NCBI GenBank assembly: GCA_963702095.1
Contig: OY969706.1
Location: 352,001-416,000 of the forward strand
DNA length: 64,000 nucleotides
Direction of reading: 5' to 3'
Source: Candidatus Bathyarchaeota archaeon
GTDB taxonomy: Archaea; Thermoproteota; Bathyarchaeia; Bathyarchaeales; Bathycorpusculaceae
The translations under genes were made by a program, and so were the position numbers. Below are positions 9,010 through 18,551 of this stretch, in pieces. Under the pieces are notes generated by a model. That model worked only from the letters and a program-made list of their open reading frames with translations, was not told where the DNA came from and searched no databases. The stretch's first letter is position 1; each line of letters starts with the position of its first letter.

Positions 9010-10758
9010 TTGGCATTAGAAAACGAGTCTGAATTACGTGAGTTTATCTGCAAAGCCGCGCTCCTAAACGCGGTTGGTCATGATGGGAAAGCGCAGGCAG
9101 TCGCCATGGTTGGCAAAGTTTTGGGTGAAAAAGCTGAGTACCGTAGTCGCGTCAGAGAGCTTTCAGTTGTGATTAATCAGGTTGTTGCTGAAGTTAACAG
9201 CCTCTCACTCCAAGAGCAGAAAGCCATTGTAGAGAAGAATTGGCCCGAAACCCAAAAGAAGCATGAGACGGAAGAGAAAAAGCTGTCGCCACTTCCGAAC
9301 GCCGACAAATACAAAGTGATAACCACAAGGTTCTCCCCCAACCCCGACTGCGTCCTCCACCTGGGCTCCGCACGCGCCATCGTTTTAAGCCATGAATACG
9401 CCCGCATGTACAACGGCAAATTCATCCTACGCTTCGAAGACACCGACCCCAAAACCAAGAAGCCCCAACTCCAATTCTATGACGCCATACGCGCTGACCT
9501 CAAATGGCTGGGCTGCAAATGGGACGAAGAATACATCCAAAGCGACCGACTTCCAATCTACTATGACTGGACAGAGAAACTCATCTCAGTGGGCGGCGCC
9601 TACGTCTGCGAATGCACTCCTGAAGAGTTCCGCAAGAAAACGCTGGCAAAAGAAGCGTGTCCATGCCGCAACCTATCAGTGGCTGAGCAGCTTGAGCGTT
9701 GGCACAAAATGCTTGCTGGCGGCTACCAAGAAGGGCAGGCGGTTGTCCGCGTAAAAACCGAATTGGATCACCCTAACCCAGCGATTCGCGACTGGCCGGC
9801 CCTACGCATCATCGACACCAAAAAGTATCCTCATCCACGGGTAGGCAGCAAATACTTCCTCTGGCCACTCTATAACCTTGCAGCGGGCGTAGATGACCAT
9901 TTGATGGGCATGACCCACATTATCCGCGGCAAAGAACACTACACTAACATGGTCCGCCAGAAATACATGTACCAGCATCTTGGCTGGGAATACCCTGAAG
10001 CCATCCATTATGGCAGACTAAAAATCACAGGTGCGGCATTGAGCAAATCCAAAATCGTGGCAGGCATCAAAGAGGGAGACTACGCCGACTTTGACGACCC
10101 AAGGTTAGGCACTTTCCAGGCGCTGCGCAAACGCGGCATCACCCCTGAAGCCATAAAAAAAGTCATAGTCGACGTCGGCATCAAACCGAACGATGTCACA
10201 CTCAGCTGGGAGACACTTAACGCCTACAACCGCAAAATCCTCGACTCCACAAGCAACCGATACTTCTTTGTCGCTGACCCTGTTGAACTCAAAGTTACGG
10301 GAATACCCAAAGCATTCCATGCTAAGCTGCCGCTGCATCCTGAGCAGCCAGAGAAGGGTTGCAGAGAATACACTGTTGAACCAAACGGGGAACACAAAGC
10401 CGTAATTGTCTGGATTGCGAAAGCAGACGCCGAAGCCATTCAAAAGAAACAAACCATCCGCCTTATGGAGCTTTTTAACATTGAAATCACGGAAACGGGC
10501 GGTTGCATTAACGCCGTTTATCAAAGTGAGGCTTATGAGGACGTCCGCAAAATCAAGGCGCAACTTATCCAGTGGATACCCAAAGGCACAGAGTACCCCG
10601 CTGAAGTAGTCCAGCAGGATGCCTCAGTAACGAAGGGGTTTGCGGAGTCTGCATGCAAAAAGTTAAAGCCAGACCAAATCATACAGTTTGAACGCTACGG
10701 CTTTGTCCGAGTGGAAGAAGTCGCAAAAAAATTAACCACATATTACGCCCAGAAATAG
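9010..10758 (+). CDS. gltX: Glutamate--tRNA ligase (archaeal type)
   Basis: RFSPNP..LHLG (HIGH-like), RFEDTDP, LSKS, QFER.GF. Confidence 0.95.
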   Translation: MALENESELREFICKAALLNAVGHDGKAQAVAMVGKVLGEKAEYRSRVRELSVVINQVVAEVNSLSLQEQKAIVEKNWPETQKKHETEEKKLSPLPNADKYKVITTRFSPNPDCVLHLGSARAIVLSHEYARMYNGKFILRFEDTDPKTKKPQLQFYDAIRADLKWLGCKWDEEYIQSDRLPIYYDWTEKLISVGGAYVCECTPEEFRKKTLAKEACPCRNLSVAEQLERWHKMLAGGYQEGQAVVRVKTELDHPNPAIRDWPALRIIDTKKYPHPRVGSKYFLWPLYNLAAGVDDHLMGMTHIIRGKEHYTNMVRQKYMYQHLGWEYPEAIHYGRLKITGAALSKSKIVAGIKEGDYADFDDPRLGTFQALRKRGITPEAIKKVIVDVGIKPNDVTLSWETLNAYNRKILDSTSNRYFFVADPVELKVTGIPKAFHAKLPLHPEQPEKGCREYTVEPNGEHKAVIVWIAKADAEAIQKKQTIRLMELFNIEITETGGCINAVYQSEAYEDVRKIKAQLIQWIPKGTEYPAEVVQQDASVTKGFAESACKKLKPDQIIQFERYGFVRVEEVAKKLTTYYAQK

Positions 10759-10770
10759 GAGAAAACAAAA

Positions 10771-11088
10771 ATGCGAAAACTTGACGGGAAAGCCATCATT
10801 TGGCCAGTCTACTTTGACTGCAACAAAACACGCAAAGAAGGACGCCGCCTACCCAAGAACCAATCAGTCATATCGCCTAAAATCGCTGAAATCAAAGAAG
10901 CCGCTGACAGATTGGGATTGGAGAATGAACTCAGGGTAGAAGCGCGTTTCCCCAAAAATCACTGGGCAAAAACAGGCATGTTGGTTGTGGAGAAGAGGGA
11001 AGCTAAAGAAGCCATAATTAAAAAGTTAGCTAGGCAATTGGTAAAGATTAAAAATCAGCAGCAGTCTGAGCAGCCTAAAAGACGATGA
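10771..11088 (+). CDS. srp19: Signal recognition particle 19 kDa protein
   Basis: IWPVYFD..KTR.EGRR motif. Confidence 0.9.
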   Translation: MRKLDGKAIIWPVYFDCNKTRKEGRRLPKNQSVISPKIAEIKEAADRLGLENELRVEARFPKNHWAKTGMLVVEKREAKEAIIKKLARQLVKIKNQQQSEQPKRR

Positions 11089-11130
11089 AGTTCAGGGTTG
11101 ATCAGTTAAACAAATTAGGAAAGCAAAAAA

Positions 11131-11523
11131 TTATGCTTTTTCTTTACCGATGAGTATAGCGTTGATGATGCCGTCATTGCCTGGTCGGCTTGTAACCTTT
11201 GCCAATCCCAACTGAGTTTCGATTTCTGCGCCTTTGGTGATGACGCCTCGACGGTTATAATCTACGTTTGCTCCGTTGCGGACTACGCGGACAATCTCGC
11301 TTTTCTGGGTTTCACCAGTCTGGGGATTGGTGACAGATGCGTATTTGTCGGTTAAGGCTTTGATTTTGCTTCCGCCGCCTATGGTGCGTTGAATTTTGCG
11401 TTTGGGTTTGCCAAGGATGGTTTCGGCTGGGTATCCGCCTGCTTCGTACAGTTTTTTGGTGCGGTAAACGCGTTTTTTGCCGCCTGTAAGTTTCCTTTTA
11501 CGTAAACTGCTATGAGTAGACAT
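11131..11523 (-). CDS. rps8e: 30S ribosomal protein S8e
   Basis: KRKLTGG, RRGVITKGA.I.T..G.A.VTSRPG.DG.INA. Confidence 0.95.
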   Translation of the reverse strand: MSTHSSLRKRKLTGGKKRVYRTKKLYEAGGYPAETILGKPKRKIQRTIGGGSKIKALTDKYASVTNPQTGETQKSEIVRVVRNGANVDYNRRGVITKGAEIETQLGLAKVTSRPGNDGIINAILIGKEKA

Positions 11524-11625
11524 ATTCTACATTCCTACGAATTGCGTTGTCATTAAACTGTAAATTTCAATATAAACGTATCCGTTGACAGATTCATCTT
11601 CACGGTTATTGACCATGTTTTGAAG

Positions 11626-11932
11626 CTGTTGCTCTGCAGAGGCTCCCCCTGATTTCGGTAAATTGTTTTTTCTCTTTATGTGGGTGTGGCGTTTTATGGG
11701 GTGCCACAAGACTGCAAGCGGATGCGGTTGCTTTTTTGGGAAGCATTGCGTTTCCGCGTCTGTTTCGGTGTGGGATATGCTTTTTCTTCCACACGCCATA
11801 CATGGCTCCATGCAGAGGCCGCCGGGATGTGTGTGAATACATGTATCATTTGCTTTCTTAGCGTGGCAGTGAACAGCAATGACAGCACAATACAAGCGGA
11901 CACCAGTATGGCCCTTGGGCAACTTTAGCCAT
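11626..11932. repeat. Dispersed structured repeat family A, copy 1
   Basis: Colinear similarity over about 300 nt to 28681-28994, e.g. the shared TTTATGTGGGTGTGGCGTTTTnnGGGGTGCCACAAGA. Confidence 0.85.
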
Positions 11933-12366
11933 CTCTCACTTCCAACCGCACAAAAACAACCCACCCCTAAAAGCAATTTTGCCCACAAAAACTAGTACTT
12001 CTACCAGCCGTAGTTGCAATAATAGTGTCCATCTTTATCGTTGGCGCTGTACTCGCAGTGCTTGTTAGGAAACGGCCATAAGTAGCCATAAAAAAACCCC
12101 TTTTTCTTTTTTTGGATTGAAAATCGGTAAAATAACTGTGGGCTAGGTGGGCTCTGGATAAAGTTAATGCAGTCGCGGTTGAAGGATGGTTTAGTTGCAT
12201 TTTCCATTCTTTCTTACTTGGGTTTCAGAGCTCCAGCAAACCCATCGCATACTTCTTTGTGACTGTATAGTATCAATCACAAATCATTAAAAGCTTTTAC
12301 AAGCACATTCTGTACTCAGTTCGGTACGAGAGCTAAAACGGTTAAAATTACGAGGTAAATGGAAAT

Positions 12367-12639
12367 ATGAGTAAGAATAAAGCCAAAAAAGCCCCTCCAC
12401 ACTTCTACGAAGGACCACCACCCAGTAAAGAAGACAAAGTGGAAGAAACAGATGACCTCTATGACACGGATGAGCGGGAAGAAATGCTCGACGACGACGA
12501 AGTCACCGCCGCCGAAGCAGGTTTCATGGAAGGCAGAGAACAGGAACCGCCTAGCAAAAAAGAAACCCGCAAAAACGCGGTCAGCCACACCGACGAAATC
12601 GCCGATGAGTTGGCTAAAGAAGACGCAGAAGACGACTAG
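12367..12639 (+). CDS. Small acidic, probably disordered protein
   Basis: GAGGT SD before ATG; D/E-rich with core 'EMLDDDEVTAAEAGFMEG'. Confidence 0.7.
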   Translation: MSKNKAKKAPPHFYEGPPPSKEDKVEETDDLYDTDEREEMLDDDEVTAAEAGFMEGREQEPPSKKETRKNAVSHTDEIADELAKEDAEDD

Positions 12640-12717
12640 AGACATATTTGGCTCCATTGAGATATCTGCATAAGCATATTGAGGTTCTTCTGCACTGGCT
12701 ATTTTTGAGGCGTTTGC

Positions 12718-14547
12718 CTACTTTTTGGGTTTAGACTTTTTCTCTTCTTCTTTATCCTCTTTTTCCTTAGTGATTTTGGTGTAGTAGTATTCGCCGATGC
12801 TTTTCTGGAATTTATCCATCTGAGATTCTTCCTTGTTCACGCGGGGTCGGAAGGTAACAGAATCCCGTCGGAAGGTAATGTCCATCTCTTTGAGGAACGC
12901 GTTCATGCCGCCTCTTAGACTCGTTGGCGGATGCGCAACACCGCACTCTCCCGGTTTACCGTTGAAAACCATAAGGCGGTCAGCGATAAAGTCCTGAGTA
13001 ACCACATCGTGCTCAACCACAAACGCTGGGATGCCGTGGGCTTCGACGACTCGCCGCAGGGTTTTGGCGACGTTGAGGCGTTCTTCGACGTCGAGGTAGG
13101 CGCTGGGTTCGTCGAGCAGGAACAGGTCGGTTTTGCGGCTGAGGCAGGCTGCTATTGCGACTTTTTGGAGTTCTCCTCCGCTGAGTTCCATCACGTTGCG
13201 ATCCATCAAAACCTGCAGTCGGAGGGGTATGGCGATTTCGGTTTTGTACCAGCTTGAGGTGAAATTCTCTTTTGCCACGTTCATCAGCAACTCCTGCACG
13301 GTACCCTCGTAGTCTGGAGCGATGTATTGGGGTTTGTAGCTGACTGTTAATTTGCTAAGTTGGCGTTTATCGTCGGTTTCCTCTATGCCTGCGAGCATTT
13401 TCACAAACGTGGTTTTGCCGATGCCGTTGGGTCCCAAGATACCGATGATTTCTCCTGTGCGGATTTCGCCGGCTTCAACTGTTAGTTTGAATTCCTTGAA
13501 AGTTTTCTCCATTTTACTCCAGTTTAGCAGGGGTGCACCGACGTTTTCTCCTGCAGTTGGGGGTTTCTCGTGGAAAACGATGCTTTCTTTTCTGAACATG
13601 ATGTTTTCATCTGGGATGTAGCCTTGGAGGTAGATGTTGATGCCTGTGCGGACACCATGCACGTGGCTTACGACGCCGTAGACGGCTGGTTCACCGTAGA
13701 AGACGCAGATTTGGTCGCTTAGGTAGTCGATGATGGCTAAGTCGTGTTCGGCGACGACAATGGTTTTTTGTTGTTCTTTGAGGCTGCGAATTGTCCTTGC
13801 CACCACAAGACGCTGCTTAACGTCTAAGTAGCTGCTGGGTTCGTCGAAAAGGTACACGTCGGCTTCTCGACTAAGCGCCGCCGCAACCGCCACCCGCTGC
13901 AACTCGCCCCCGCTCAAGATATCAAGCGCGCGGTCCCAGATGTTTTTGAGCTCCAACTCCTCAGCGATAGCGTCGAGTTGTTTGCGTTCGTCAACTTTAT
14001 CGAGGAGGTCGCCGACTTTGCCGGTGACGGCTTTGGGGATTTTGTCGACGTACTGGGGTTTACTGCTGACTTTTAGTTTCTTTTCGCTTAGCCGCGTGAA
14101 GTAGTCTTGGAGGCTGCTGCCCCGGTAGTACTGGATGATTTCAGGCCAATCAGGCGGGTCATCAAACCTGCCTAGGTTAGGTTTGATTTCGCCGCTAAAC
14201 ACTTTAAGTGTGGTGCTTTTGCCGATGCCGTTTTGCCCCAGCAAACCCAAGACGGTGCCCGGTGAAGGCATGGGTAGGCGGAAGAGTTTGAAGCTGTTGG
14301 CGCTGAAGCGGTGGCTGCAGTCTTTTTCCAATTCATCGGGCAGGTTGACGATGCTTATGGCTTTGAAGGGGCATTTTTTAACACAGATTCCGCATCCGCT
14401 GCATAGTGCTTCGGATATTACGGCGTGGTTGCCTTCTATTCTGACTGCTTCCACTCGGCTGCGTACCATGGGGCAGAAGCTTACGCATAGGTGGTTGCAT
14501 TTTTTGACTTTGCATTTATCTGTGTCTAATACGGCGATTCGCGTCAT
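12718..14547 (-). CDS. rli: ABCE1/RLI ribosome recycling ATPase
   Basis: N-terminal 4Fe-4S Cys motifs; two NBDs (GQNGIGKST, GPNGIGKTT, LSGGELQ). Confidence 0.96.
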   Translation of the reverse strand: MTRIAVLDTDKCKVKKCNHLCVSFCPMVRSRVEAVRIEGNHAVISEALCSGCGICVKKCPFKAISIVNLPDELEKDCSHRFSANSFKLFRLPMPSPGTVLGLLGQNGIGKSTTLKVFSGEIKPNLGRFDDPPDWPEIIQYYRGSSLQDYFTRLSEKKLKVSSKPQYVDKIPKAVTGKVGDLLDKVDERKQLDAIAEELELKNIWDRALDILSGGELQRVAVAAALSREADVYLFDEPSSYLDVKQRLVVARTIRSLKEQQKTIVVAEHDLAIIDYLSDQICVFYGEPAVYGVVSHVHGVRTGINIYLQGYIPDENIMFRKESIVFHEKPPTAGENVGAPLLNWSKMEKTFKEFKLTVEAGEIRTGEIIGILGPNGIGKTTFVKMLAGIEETDDKRQLSKLTVSYKPQYIAPDYEGTVQELLMNVAKENFTSSWYKTEIAIPLRLQVLMDRNVMELSGGELQKVAIAACLSRKTDLFLLDEPSAYLDVEERLNVAKTLRRVVEAHGIPAFVVEHDVVTQDFIADRLMVFNGKPGECGVAHPPTSLRGGMNAFLKEMDITFRRDSVTFRPRVNKEESQMDKFQKSIGEYYYTKITKEKEDKEEEKKSKPKK

Positions 14548-14620
14548 GAGTAAACGTCCAAGTATGAATTGAAAGGGTAAGTTATAAATCTAAAACCCGA
14601 AAGCTGCAGGTTTCCGTTTT

Positions 14621-15025
14621 TTAAATGATGAATTCAACTGCTTTTCTGGGATTGTTAATTTCTATAGCTTTGGTTCCTGTTGCTATCTTTGACAATTTGG
14701 GGTTGGCTTCTGAACCTAAAGTTACCACAACCTTGTCCTTGTAAGAGAAGGTTACAGTTATGCCTGCTTCGGATAATTCCTCTGCAACCCCTCTGATCAT
14801 GCCAAGGTTGCTTCGAACAGTTTTGATTTGGGTAGCAGCACCGTATATGCCTTTGCTCGATTCGGCTTTTGAGGTTGCAAGAATGTTCTTTACGATTTTC
14901 TTGTTTAGGGCTTTAACGTCGATTTTTTTGTCTGCTGCCTTAATCTCAAGGGCTTCAGCGTTATTGGTGGAAACTGTGATTTTTCCTGATTTGAGTAATT
15001 CGCCTAAAAATGAGGCAAGGGGCAT
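14621..15025 (-). CDS. Hypothetical protein
   Basis: 134-aa ORF in tandem with 15040..15249. Confidence 0.6.
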   Translation of the reverse strand: MPLASFLGELLKSGKITVSTNNAEALEIKAADKKIDVKALNKKIVKNILATSKAESSKGIYGAATQIKTVRSNLGMIRGVAEELSEAGITVTFSYKDKVVVTLGSEANPKLSKIATGTKAIEINNPRKAVEFII

Positions 15026-15039
15026 TTGGTTGCCTACGT

Positions 15040-15249
15040 TTAGGCTTTAGCGTCTTTGGCGTAAACGATGTCTAAGACGATGGCACCGTTGAGTTTAGCT
15101 TTAAACATGCCCATGTCCAGGGTTAAGTCTTCAAAACTCAGTTTAAGGTCTGACTCTTTTCCAGCAAGCTTATCGATGATAGTTAACATCGTTTCAGCCA
15201 TACTTTGTGCCGCTGTTTCAAGAGATTTTCCAGATTTTGTTTCTACCAT
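15040..15249 (-). CDS. Hypothetical small protein
   Basis: 69-aa ORF with protein-like composition. Confidence 0.6.
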   Translation of the reverse strand: MVETKSGKSLETAAQSMAETMLTIIDKLAGKESDLKLSFEDLTLDMGMFKAKLNGAIVLDIVYAKDAKA

Positions 15250-15392
15250 AATGATACACCATCCTTACTATGGGCTTTCAGAACCTAAATAGTTATTGCT
15301 CCCCAGCCGCCCATTCAAGTAGGCGCTGTACGCAAAAGAGGAAAAACATCAAAATTTAAAAGAAAGGTATGATGGTGGCATACTGGGTTATT

Positions 15393-15461
15393 TTACCATT
15401 CTTCTTCTTCCCATTCTTCGTCTTCGCCTTCTTCCCATTCATCTTCTTCTTCGAATATCAT
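15393..15461 (-). CDS. 22-aa acidic Glu/Trp micro-peptide MIFEEEDEWEEGEDEEWEEEEW
   Basis: Perfect GGAGGTGA Shine-Dalgarno upstream of ATG; below the ORF-track cutoff. Confidence 0.65.
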   Translation of the reverse strand: MIFEEEDEWEEGEDEEWEEEEW

Positions 15462-15666
15462 ACCTTTTTTCACCTCCAGATAACACGCAAAATCTATCTT
15501 ACCCTCCGATGGGTTTAAGGATTTAGATACGTCAAATGTCGTTAAAAGTCATCGAGAACTTCGGGGGTTTTCATGATTTTTGTGTGAATTTTTGTACGAT
15601 TTTTCAGGGAAAAGCAAAAATTATTTAGTAAGTCCATAGTCAACGCTTGTATTAGAGGCTTGCAGA

Positions 15667-16236
15667 ATGAGGAGAATATTCAAAATAATCATAGCCGTAT
15701 TCGCTGTCATAATCATCGTAGTGGTCGCTTTAGGAGCCATCGTCTTGTTGGATTTAGCCGCCTACACCGCCACCGGTTCACAGATTTTGCCTGCTACCGG
15801 CTCAGAAATGGGAACTGCGCTGGTACTCTATGACCCCGGCTTAACTGGCGCTTCAACAAAGGTAGCCACTCAAGTTGCCGACGACCTGCAAAGTCAGGGT
15901 TTAACCGTTACTTTGGCTGGGATAAAAAGCTCGGCGGCATCTGACATTTCAGGCTACACCGTCATAGTCGTCGGAGGCCCCGTTTACGCTGGTGCACCCG
16001 CCGCATCTGTTAAAGACGCCATAAACAACCTGCACGTTGATTCTACTACAGTTGTGGGCGTGTATGGCAGCGGTCAAGGAGCAACATCGCCTGACGATGT
16101 AGCGCAAATCAAGAATTCCGTTTCAACTCTTCAAAGCGGCGGCGACCTATCCAACGCTGTCATAGTGAAGATTGGAGAAACCGAAGACATCAACGCTCGA
16201 GCATCCGACTTCGTCAACGAACTGTTGAACCAATAA
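15667..16236 (+). CDS. Membrane-anchored flavodoxin-like protein
   Basis: N-terminal TM; Y....G.S.KVA and VVGGPVYAG flavodoxin-fold motifs. Confidence 0.65.
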   Translation: MRRIFKIIIAVFAVIIIVVVALGAIVLLDLAAYTATGSQILPATGSEMGTALVLYDPGLTGASTKVATQVADDLQSQGLTVTLAGIKSSAASDISGYTVIVVGGPVYAGAPAASVKDAINNLHVDSTTVVGVYGSGQGATSPDDVAQIKNSVSTLQSGGDLSNAVIVKIGETEDINARASDFVNELLNQ

Positions 16237-16289
16237 ACCCCACAGAGAAAACTTGTGCCGCCTTGTCTTGTGGCAGAAGTACCCTTTCT

Positions 16290-16841
16290 TTATTCTAACT
16301 CTAAAGTTTTAGCGTCAAAGGGCTTGCCGAACTCTTCTTCGCTGGCTACTTGGCTGAGCACTTTTCGGGTGCGCACAAGCCGCAGCAGCTTACTGGATAA
16401 ATCCAGCTTTTCCTGCGGGTACCCAACCGTCAACATCACCAAAACTTCAAAGTTCTCAGGCACTTTCAATAGCGCCTTAACATCTGCTTCTTTGAAGCTG
16501 CCTACGCAGCAAGTGCCCAATCCCTCACTTACCGACGTTAAAACCATGTTTTCCAAAGCCAAAGATGCGTCAACCACATACCAGTCTGATGAGGCTTTTT
16601 TGTCTCCGCAGACCACGATTACCAAGGGTGCTGAACCAACAAATTTGCCGTAGAGCCCCTTGGAGAGGGCTTTTAGTTTCTCTTTGCCAGTTACCGCTAT
16701 GAAATGCCATGGCTCGATGTTTTGGGCGGAAGGCGCCAATCTGCCAGCCTCCAAAATCCGCTCCAACTTATCACGTGGCACAGGCGTGTCTTGGTAACTT
16801 CGAATTGATTTGCGTTCCTGTACTGCCTCAAAAACATCCAT
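16290..16841 (-). CDS. Nitroreductase family protein
   Basis: RKSIRSY, APSA.N.EPW.F, GLGTC motifs. Confidence 0.9.
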   Translation of the reverse strand: MDVFEAVQERKSIRSYQDTPVPRDKLERILEAGRLAPSAQNIEPWHFIAVTGKEKLKALSKGLYGKFVGSAPLVIVVCGDKKASSDWYVVDASLALENMVLTSVSEGLGTCCVGSFKEADVKALLKVPENFEVLVMLTVGYPQEKLDLSSKLLRLVRTRKVLSQVASEEEFGKPFDAKTLELE

Positions 16842-16980
16842 TTGGGTTGCCTCAAAGAATAGATGGGGGACTGTGGAATATTAGTTTAGCAGTTCACAAA
16901 GCGTTCACTTCGTTTTTTTATTGTTAGATGAAGGCAGAGGCGCCCTTGCTCATCTTCTTCTTGGGGGCTTGGTGGGCAAC

Positions 16981-17048
16981 TGTGTTTTGTGTTCTGCAAA
17001 GGATTTGGGTTGCTGGCTGGTTGTGGCGTAATCCTCAAACAGAACAGA
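16981..17048. repeat. Dispersed intergenic repeat family B, copy 1
   Basis: 17004-17048 matches 35498-35542 at 37/45 positions, ungapped (manual count). Confidence 0.65.
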
Positions 17049-17113
17049 GGAACCTATGAAAGCAGCAACCTCAATGTTTCGATAGATTCAAATTTCCAAA
17101 CACCCAAGCCTAC

Positions 17114-18196
17114 TTGAACGCCATGAAAGAGAAAAAATGCTTCATCTTCCACCTCGACATGGACCACTTCTACACCGCCGTCGAACAACGGGAAAACCCA
17201 GCCCTCAAAGGCAAACCCGTCGTCGTCGGCGCAGACCCCAAAGAAGGCAAAGGCAGAGGCGTAGTGAGCACCAGCAACTATGAAGCCCGAGCAGCAGGCG
17301 TCCGCAGCGGTATGCCCATCTCGCAGGCTTGGCGACTCTGCCCCAACGCCGTTTACCTGCCGCCCAACTTTCCCCTCTACATCAAGGCATCAGCTGAAAT
17401 AATGGCGATTGCACGCCGCTATGCGGGCAAGTTTGAGCAGTGGGGTATAGACGAGGCTTTTTTGGATGTAACTGATAAAGTCGGGGATTGGGCGGAAGCT
17501 GAAGCGTTGGCGCGGCAGATCAAGGGCGAAATAAAGGAAAAGGAGCATCTTACTGCTTCAATCGGGGTTGGACCCAACAAGTTGGTGGCGAAAGTCGCCA
17601 GTGACTTCCAGAAACCCGACGGCTTAACATTTGTCAAAGAGGAGGACGCCCAACGATTCCTCGCCCCTCTGCCCGTGCGGAAGCTTTTGTGGGTGGGGCG
17701 CAAAACCGAAGCCAAACTCAAGGCGTTGGGCGTCAACACCATCGGCGACTTGGCGCGCTATGACCCTACTGCGCTTAGCTCCCTGTTTGGGGTTATGGGG
17801 GTGCAGATGCATTTGATGGCTCAGGGTTTGGACCGCAGCGAAGTCGAGGAACGGGTAGGAGTCAAAAGCATCAGCCACGAAACCACTTTTGAAGTTGACA
17901 CCTCAGATTCAGCCGCGATCCTCCAAGCGCTCGATGTCCTCTGCGTCGAGGTGCAGAAAGAAACCGACGAACAGAAACTTCTCTTCAAAACCGTAACCGT
18001 CAAAATCCGCTACCAAGGCTTTGAAACCCACACAAAAAGCAAAACCCTACCCCGCCTAACCAACCGAGTGGAGGACCTAAAGAAAACCGCCAAAGAACTG
18101 TTACTGCCCTATTTGGGGTCGGAGAGGAAAATGAGGCTTATCGGAGTCCGAGTTTCGAGTCTCCAATCCAGCGAAAAACAGAAAACCCTATTCTGA
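17114..18196 (+). CDS. dinB: Y-family DNA polymerase IV
   Basis: HLDMD.FY.AVE, NYEAR..GVRSGM, IDEAFLDV, K.ASD..KPDG. Confidence 0.95.
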   Translation: MNAMKEKKCFIFHLDMDHFYTAVEQRENPALKGKPVVVGADPKEGKGRGVVSTSNYEARAAGVRSGMPISQAWRLCPNAVYLPPNFPLYIKASAEIMAIARRYAGKFEQWGIDEAFLDVTDKVGDWAEAEALARQIKGEIKEKEHLTASIGVGPNKLVAKVASDFQKPDGLTFVKEEDAQRFLAPLPVRKLLWVGRKTEAKLKALGVNTIGDLARYDPTALSSLFGVMGVQMHLMAQGLDRSEVEERVGVKSISHETTFEVDTSDSAAILQALDVLCVEVQKETDEQKLLFKTVTVKIRYQGFETHTKSKTLPRLTNRVEDLKKTAKELLLPYLGSERKMRLIGVRVSSLQSSEKQKTLF

Positions 18197-18433
18197 ATGT
18201 TTGCCTATGTTTAGGCGAGCCCACTGTTTTGATAAACGGTTCTCTGCGTACTTGCCAATTTCATAACCGCCCAAAAATACAAGAATAAAAATAAAGACCG
18301 CTGAGCCCATAAGGTTCGAACCAGAAACATTGTTTGTGGTAACTGAGATTAAACCAGCTACAGAAATTATAACTAAGATTATTCCTATGACAAGGTTTGT
18401 TGTTCTTGCTTTGTGCGGAGGATAATTAGACAA
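18188..18433 (-). CDS. Small two-TM membrane protein
   Basis: Two hydrophobic helices; AT-rich. Confidence 0.55.
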   Translation of the reverse strand: MSNYPPHKARTTNLVIGIILVIISVAGLISVTTNNVSGSNLMGSAVFIFILVFLGGYEIGKYAENRLSKQWARLNIGKHSE

Positions 18434-18551
18434 ACTAGAACACCAAAGAGGTTAATTCGCAAGGAAATTTATTGTTTATCCTTGCAATAAGTTTGATTCT
18501 GTTTGGGTTTGACTGTTTTCTTTTAAAAAAGGGTGAAGGCAGAAGAAGCAA

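Noticed and set aside
11527-11988. ORFs over repeat A (also 28543-28976) sharing C..CGRK and LWHP.KRHTHIKR
   Set aside because: Starts and stops differ between copies, there are indels and many non-synonymous changes; the similarity is explained by the DNA repeat.
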